Virus record (IMG/VR): IMGVR_UViG_3300026290_000007
Length of the DNA: 64,000 nt
Source: a virus
Reading direction: 5' to 3' (one strand)
In this document: piece after piece, positions 59,291-64,000 of the stretch
Layout of the letters: the number at the start of each line of letters is the position of its first letter
Position numbering within the stretch: position 1 is the first letter of the stretch
Made by a program: the position numbers and the translations under genes
Notes under the pieces: generated by a model
What the model saw: the letters and a program-made list of their open reading frames with translations, nothing else
Database searches by the model: none
What the model was told of the DNA's origin: nothing

Positions 59291-59749
59291 TTAACCTCCT
59301 ACCTTCATTAGTGCACCTACTGCATTCGATACATAACTAGAAGCATCTTGAAAAGCAGTATTGTACGGCATTAGAGTTCCAGGCTGCACTACGACTGGGC
59401 CAACAGCGCAACCGCCAGTTAGTATAAACGCAAGGTTTAAGGGGAACTTATTCCACTTTAGCCCTAGTGTATCTGTATACATATCGAATTGTTTTGTATA
59501 CACATTAAATTTTGAACAATAGAAAGAGATTGAATCTGTATCTGGATCAATTTTAATACCCAAACCTTCTTTGCTAAAGATGTCGATACCTCCGTTGTCC
59601 CTAACAAACACACTGCCACCATTTGCTCCAACGAGACCTGGTTCTGTATTATGAGCTGTCACCTGTCTATCTAGAGCTTTATCTACATCTTTACAAGAGT
59701 TGCGATCCATCTCGCGTAGTCTTACTTTCCAATTGCTTGCTGTGGCCAT
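59291..59749 (-). CDS. hypothetical baseplate component
   Basis: 152 aa, between the spike-like and gp25-like genes. No motif recognised. Confidence 0.4.
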   Translation of the reverse strand: MATASNWKVRLREMDRNSCKDVDKALDRQVTAHNTEPGLVGANGGSVFVRDNGGIDIFSKEGLGIKIDPDTDSISFYCSKFNVYTKQFDMYTDTLGLKWNKFPLNLAFILTGGCAVGPVVVQPGTLMPYNTAFQDASSYVSNAVGALMKVGG

Positions 59750-60106
59750 TTATATACCTCCTGATATCTTTGTCGTGTAAGTCCCAGCGATTCGTTCGAC
59801 ATAATTTTGCTTAGGAATGGTACACGCAACCACTGGAGCGTTTGAGCTTCCATTTAGAAAACATATTAACACGAAGTCTCCAATGCTAACAGTGCCATGG
59901 ACATTCCCCATTTTACTAACATCAACTTCGTCTAGATCAACAACGTTTCCATTGGTAGGATCAACATACTGAATAGACACTCGTCTAGTGTCCTCATTGT
60001 AATAGGTGATACTCCCCAGAGTTGGGAGTATTTGATTCGTCAATCTTCTTACCTCTGGGGATTCTTTAACTATCTCATATATTTTTTCGTGTAGTGGGTT
60101 AGCCAT
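59750..60106 (-). CDS. baseplate central spike/OB-fold protein (gpV / XkdR-like)
   Basis: 118 aa. 'GTVSIGDFVLICFLNGSSNAPVVACTI' matches the 'GDxVlv.F..Gd...P.V.g' block of Phage_base_V-type spikes. Confidence 0.55.
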   Translation of the reverse strand: MANPLHEKIYEIVKESPEVRRLTNQILPTLGSITYYNEDTRRVSIQYVDPTNGNVVDLDEVDVSKMGNVHGTVSIGDFVLICFLNGSSNAPVVACTIPKQNYVERIAGTYTTKISGGI

Positions 60107-63100
60107 TATCCTGCATTAAGCCTCCTGTCGATGCTTATGTCAAACATGGTATACAAGTCGAATGCAACTCCATGACAAGTGCCTTCTCCGTTTACAATGA
60201 CCAATTTTCTTTTTATGAAATCGTCTTTAATCATTTTTTCTCGGTTGGCCCTTGATTTTTCACTCTCACCAGGATTTGCTTTTATTTTGATTGCGCCATG
60301 TTTAAGATGAGCAATTGCATGCATCTTAGAATACTCTAGCTCCTGGGCTCCAAGAGATTGGCTGAATGTTTCAAATTTTCTTTTCATGGCATCCATGTTG
60401 GCGATGCTTATACTTCCTGCCTGAACAGCAATGTCGAAACACAAAGCAAATCCTCTTTCGGTTTGCAATCCTAAGTATTTAAAGTAGCTTAAAGCTTTAT
60501 TAAAATACTCTTCGGCTGCTTCCATTTGGTATCGCTGACAGTTAGGATCTGCACCTAGCCTATGAAAGTAAGTGTTCCATGGCTCACGGACATATCTCTT
60601 GTAGTCCTTTCCTTTGGTGTAAGAAAGCTTGTCTCCCCAAGCGATAGCCTGAGAGGGTGTCATCCTAAGCATCCGCTGCAATTCTCCGTAGTCTTTTCCA
60701 AAGATTGACTGAACTGTTGATGAATGACTAGCAACCATCCTCTTGAGCAGTGCTTGCAAAGTTCCAGATTTTAAGTTGAATTGTAAAGTTCCAAAACTTA
60801 GCCCTGCTCCATCAAAGTTACCAGAGACAACAGCAAATGAACCAGGAGGAGCAATACTCGTTTCAAACGTGCCTGTCATCATTAAGATTTTTTTCTTAAA
60901 CTCATCGTCATAGTTGACTGTATTTGCACCAAAGAGTGCATCGCCAACTTCAACGCTGCTGCTTCCGAACAGTATCCTAGGACTGAGGTCTGGGTCTTCA
61001 GTATTAAACATTGTTTGAACCCACCCTGGCAAGGTTTGAATTATCTTATCCCACCAGCTGATCTTACTCTTGCCACCAACTGAACAGACAGTTATTCCCT
61101 TGTGACCAGTTATCCCTGCAGAGAATTCTTGACCTTTAACTTGCAGTAGGCTCATAACAACACACTGAGCCTCGCTTAGTTTACGCTCTACCATGTTAGA
61201 AATAATCTTAGATGCTAATATCAGCGAAGCCGTGACAGCAAGCATAGCCCAACCAGGCACGGCAGCAGCTTTAACAAAGTTGCCTGCTTGAGTTAAAGCG
61301 TTTTGGGTTTGGCCTAAACCTGCACTGGCCTGCCACAACCCTTTGGTAACTACTCCTGTTCCGTATCTGTCCATTAACCATGTAGCACTTTGGGCTCCCC
61401 TGCCCATCATCTGTCCTAGCCTTAACAACATTGCTCCTCTAAGCGACCCTGCTCCTTGGCAAGTCAATCCCCAACTGAGTAATGTTCCCGATGCTACTGA
61501 AGCTGCCCATACGAGCCGATCAGAAAATTCTGATTCCATTACTCCTGCAGCACAATCTGGGGAAACACTAGAGATGAAGCCTGTATCTAATGAAAATTGA
61601 TGAACAACTTGCTTTACAAATGCGGCACCGAACATCTCGTTATAAGCATCCCCGATATACATTCCGTCGTGGGGTTTGACGCTAGGATCACCCATAATGA
61701 CAAGATCCCCTTGATACATGTCTTTCATATAATCTCTGACAGTGCTCATGGCAAGGAACTGCGCTGTTTTCAAAGTGCCTAATTGCATTTGACACCATTC
61801 ATAAATTCCAGAAATAAACGATAAGAACGCAAAAGGCTTCCTTGCATATAGTTCGGAAACAATTGATGTGGTTCTTTGGATATGTGGATAAATATCCTTA
61901 TCAGCATTCGCTTTTACTGTTTCTTCAACAATAGAATGGTCTAGATTAAATATCTTGTCTCGAGCTACAGTTGCAATAACGTTATGATACATTCCTTGAG
62001 ATGTAGCCTTCACTCTATTATCTAGTATATGTCCGAAAGAGGTATACAGATGCCATTGCCGAAACGGTTTTTTCTTAGCCCGCACGTAGAATCCTAGTTT
62101 TCTTTTTGTACCATCTTGATAAGAATGAGCTTCGGCGTATCCTTCCTTTTTAGTGGAAGATATGTCGTACCCATATGTTAGCGGCCACCACGGCTTTCCA
62201 TAAAAGAGTGTTGATCTAAATTCAAACGGGTGAACTGCAGCTGTGTAATTTGGAACGTACATCGATAGTAGCTGTGCGACATCCCAGGTGGTCTTGCCTT
62301 CCATCATCAGATGGATATTAGGCTCGTCATTTGCATCCAGCCCCAGCTCGCCGTTTTCGCGAATGCCTGTTCCGTTTCCAGGATAGATGTTTTGTCCGAG
62401 TTCGCCCGCATCTTCATATAGGCCCATTAAAAAGTTCGGAGTTCCAAAGTGGGTTATTCCGTGACTGTCATCTAGCATCCAGTTTGTTTTGATCGCAGAC
62501 CAAAAACGGCTGAAGCCTTGCTTGTCTCCTCTGATGAGCAGTCTAGCGAGCATGTTGCTAGGCTCTTCGCCTTGCTTGAGATTACCAGCAACCCACCCGT
62601 TTCGGTAGTTTAGAACACTACATAACTCTAAAGCGTCGCTCTGCGCAATAACATTCAATATCTCTCCACAGCTGACTTCAGTAACTGTGCCGTTAAACAT
62701 TATCGGCAACTCAGTTAAGTTGTTGCCATAACCCATTCTGACATGCAATCTTGCTCCAGGCAACAGACCCATATGCTCTTGAATAGCTGCGTGTCGTTGT
62801 TTCATTTCTTCATCGATAGAAAGCTGAAAGAATCGGTTTAGGTTGAACTCTACTTTTCCTATCTTGAATTTTCTATCTACAAATCTTTGATAGGTATTGG
62901 CTACCGACATAAAAACAGTATCGGCAGCAATCTTTCTGCTCTTAACAACATCGATGCTGCTTATTGCGTTGAGCCCATAGAAGTTGTCCCAGAGTTTGTA
63001 CCAACCTATTCTTACACCTTCATCTACAAGAAAAACATGACAAGTCGGAAAAGCCCTAGCCATAGTTCCTGTTTTGTCGTATGTCTTAGCGTCGTGCCAT

Positions 63101-64000
63101 TCACTGCTCCACTCTGGTTCCGCTGCTCTCCCTTCGGGGCCATATCCTATCGGTCTAGGCTTACCATCGTCTGGAATATATTCGACATCATATAATTCTG
63201 TCAGCATATTTCTTTTTACTGCTTCATCATATGGCAAAACTTTGTATCCCATCTCAGCTGCTATTCTATAGCCTTCTTGCTTGGCTCGTTCTTCTATGGC
63301 AGTTTTGGAATATTTTTCGTTATATTCTTGGACGCTTAATTTACGAGCGTCTCTGAATTGACCAGCTTCAGCAGCGTTTTGGATGCTACCAAGATGTTTT
63401 TCGATAACCTTTTCGGGGTGTTTTGATAGCTCAATAGCCTCCTGGACATAGAACTCTACACTCTTCATGTAGTTATCGTGTTGTTCTTTGGCACTTTCCG
63501 AAATAAGACTTTTCGACCTTGAGTTTATCCTATCCGAAGTTTTATCACCGATCTTGAAGTCGTATTCGTAAACTCTGGAAGTGGAAGTATCTGTCTCGTA
63601 GATAGTCATCTCTGGTTGGCGGGCAATAACTTCTTTAGTCAAATGTCTCATATCAAAATGGGGCCTAAAATAAAAATCGGGATCAACATATACTCCTGCA
63701 TTTTCTGGACGTGGATAACCTTCTTTGCGACCGATGCTCTTTAGAAACTTATCGACCTCGTCATAAGTTGGCAAATCTAAGTCTGGATAGAGATTGATAT
63801 TTTTGAATAGCGATTCAAGACGTGCCCACTCTATTGTTTCATTTACAGTGTTTGGCTTAATCCCTTTAGGAAAGATAACATATCCAGGCTTAAATGTTTT
63901 GGAATTAAAGATAGAAGGCGAAGTATTAATTATCGGATTCTCTCCATCATGAGAGATAATTTCGCCGTATTCTCTCTTCTTCTGTGTTATATCAAAATCC
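60106..64000 (-). CDS. baseplate hub / tail-associated lysin (gpD/XkdQ-like core, Gly/Ala-rich hydrophobic region, C-terminal GH46-like muralytic domain); 5' end outside the window
   Basis: The track starts it at a TTG (63772-63774). I translated 63775-63999 in the same frame (…DFDITQKKREYGEIISHDGENPIINTSPSIFNSKTFKPGYVIFPKGIKPNTVNETIEWARLESLFKNINLYPDLD-LPTYDEV…) and found no stop, so the ORF is open to the window edge. Core blocks 'CHVFLVDEG...SSIDVVKSRKIAADTVFMSVAN' and 'GARLHVRMGYGNNLTELPIMFNGTVTEVSCGEILNVIAQSD' look gpD/hub-like (about 62620-63060). The hydrophobic region is about 61190-61525. The last 258 aa (60109-60882) are paralogous to the endolysin. Confidence 0.65.
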   Translation of the reverse strand, partial: DFDITQKKREYGEIISHDGENPIINTSPSIFNSKTFKPGYVIFPKGIKPNTVNETIEWARLESLFKNINLYPDLDLPTYDEVDKFLKSIGRKEGYPRPENAGVYVDPDFYFRPHFDMRHLTKEVIARQPEMTIYETDTSTSRVYEYDFKIGDKTSDRINSRSKSLISESAKEQHDNYMKSVEFYVQEAIELSKHPEKVIEKHLGSIQNAAEAGQFRDARKLSVQEYNEKYSKTAIEERAKQEGYRIAAEMGYKVLPYDEAVKRNMLTELYDVEYIPDDGKPRPIGYGPEGRAAEPEWSSEWHDAKTYDKTGTMARAFPTCHVFLVDEGVRIGWYKLWDNFYGLNAISSIDVVKSRKIAADTVFMSVANTYQRFVDRKFKIGKVEFNLNRFFQLSIDEEMKQRHAAIQEHMGLLPGARLHVRMGYGNNLTELPIMFNGTVTEVSCGEILNVIAQSDALELCSVLNYRNGWVAGNLKQGEEPSNMLARLLIRGDKQGFSRFWSAIKTNWMLDDSHGITHFGTPNFLMGLYEDAGELGQNIYPGNGTGIRENGELGLDANDEPNIHLMMEGKTTWDVAQLLSMYVPNYTAAVHPFEFRSTLFYGKPWWPLTYGYDISSTKKEGYAEAHSYQDGTKRKLGFYVRAKKKPFRQWHLYTSFGHILDNRVKATSQGMYHNVIATVARDKIFNLDHSIVEETVKANADKDIYPHIQRTTSIVSELYARKPFAFLSFISGIYEWCQMQLGTLKTAQFLAMSTVRDYMKDMYQGDLVIMGDPSVKPHDGMYIGDAYNEMFGAAFVKQVVHQFSLDTGFISSVSPDCAAGVMESEFSDRLVWAASVASGTLLSWGLTCQGAGSLRGAMLLRLGQMMGRGAQSATWLMDRYGTGVVTKGLWQASAGLGQTQNALTQAGNFVKAAAVPGWAMLAVTASLILASKIISNMVERKLSEAQCVVMSLLQVKGQEFSAGITGHKGITVCSVGGKSKISWWDKIIQTLPGWVQTMFNTEDPDLSPRILFGSSSVEVGDALFGANTVNYDDEFKKKILMMTGTFETSIAPPGSFAVVSGNFDGAGLSFGTLQFNLKSGTLQALLKRMVASHSSTVQSIFGKDYGELQRMLRMTPSQAIAWGDKLSYTKGKDYKRYVREPWNTYFHRLGADPNCQRYQMEAAEEYFNKALSYFKYLGLQTERGFALCFDIAVQAGSISIANMDAMKRKFETFSQSLGAQELEYSKMHAIAHLKHGAIKIKANPGESEKSRANREKMIKDDFIKRKLVIVNGEGTCHGVAFDLYTMFDISIDRRLNAG

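Noticed and set aside
63772-63774. TTG listed as the start of the 1,222-aa ORF
   Set aside because: The same frame continues without a stop through 63775-63999 (…YPDLD-LPTYDEV…). The ORF is truncated by the window edge, and the TTG is simply the first possible start codon in the window.
1-64000. Search by eye for tRNA/rRNA genes, CRISPR arrays, integrase/attachment sites, and a reverse transcriptase with template/variable repeats (DGR) near the fibre genes
   Set aside because: Intergenic gaps are almost all under 40 nt. I saw no spaced direct repeats, no RT/integrase-like ORF, and no near-identical 100-150-nt repeat pair. The paralogous tailspike segments are diverged throughout rather than adenine-specific. 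A computational repeat and tRNA scan would still be prudent.

Overview
This window is a segment of a large tailed-phage genome with a contractile-tail type baseplate. The host is probably Firmicutes-like. That is an inference from strong GGAGG Shine-Dalgarno sites, frequent GTG/TTG starts, a TcdE-type holin and teichoic-acid-type enzymes.

There are about 60 tightly packed genes, and all but one are on the minus strand, so transcription runs right to left:

1. 64000->58070: baseplate hub/lysin (the ORF runs off the window edge), central spike, wedge and baseplate-J genes.
2. 58056->21108: about 37 kb of very large fibre and tailspike genes. These include a 2,747-aa giant with 12 FN3 modules, four beta-helix 'depolymerase-like' proteins and many discoidin-like modules.
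3. 21088->18409: lysis cassette with a holin, two further membrane proteins, a secreted Thr-rich protein and a GH46/chitosanase-like endolysin.
4. A near-consensus host-type promoter at 18354-18382, followed by replication, recombination and regulation genes. These are an AEP primase-DnaB helicase, PIN-PhoH, GroES, two Cas4-like nucleases, a GIY-YIG homing endonuclease, RuvC and a sigma factor.
5. 8629->1574: a nine-gene, entirely cytoplasmic glycopolymer cassette. It encodes UDP-GlcNAc 2-epimerase, a split Bcs1-like CDP-polyol synthase, two minimal TagF-like polyol-phosphate transferases, three glycosyltransferases and a methyltransferase.
6. Tandem terminators, a separately promoted Cas4-like gene, and one convergent plus-strand gene.

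I found no rRNA, tRNA, CRISPR array, integrase or reverse transcriptase. No capsid, terminase or sheath genes lie in these 64 kb, so the genome is probably well over 100 kb (inference).

The best candidate for an undescribed system is the phage-borne teichoic-acid-like (polyol-phosphate) glycosylation cassette. It lacks any priming enzyme, flippase or exporter.

All functional calls come from reading motifs in the translated ORFs. No database search was run.
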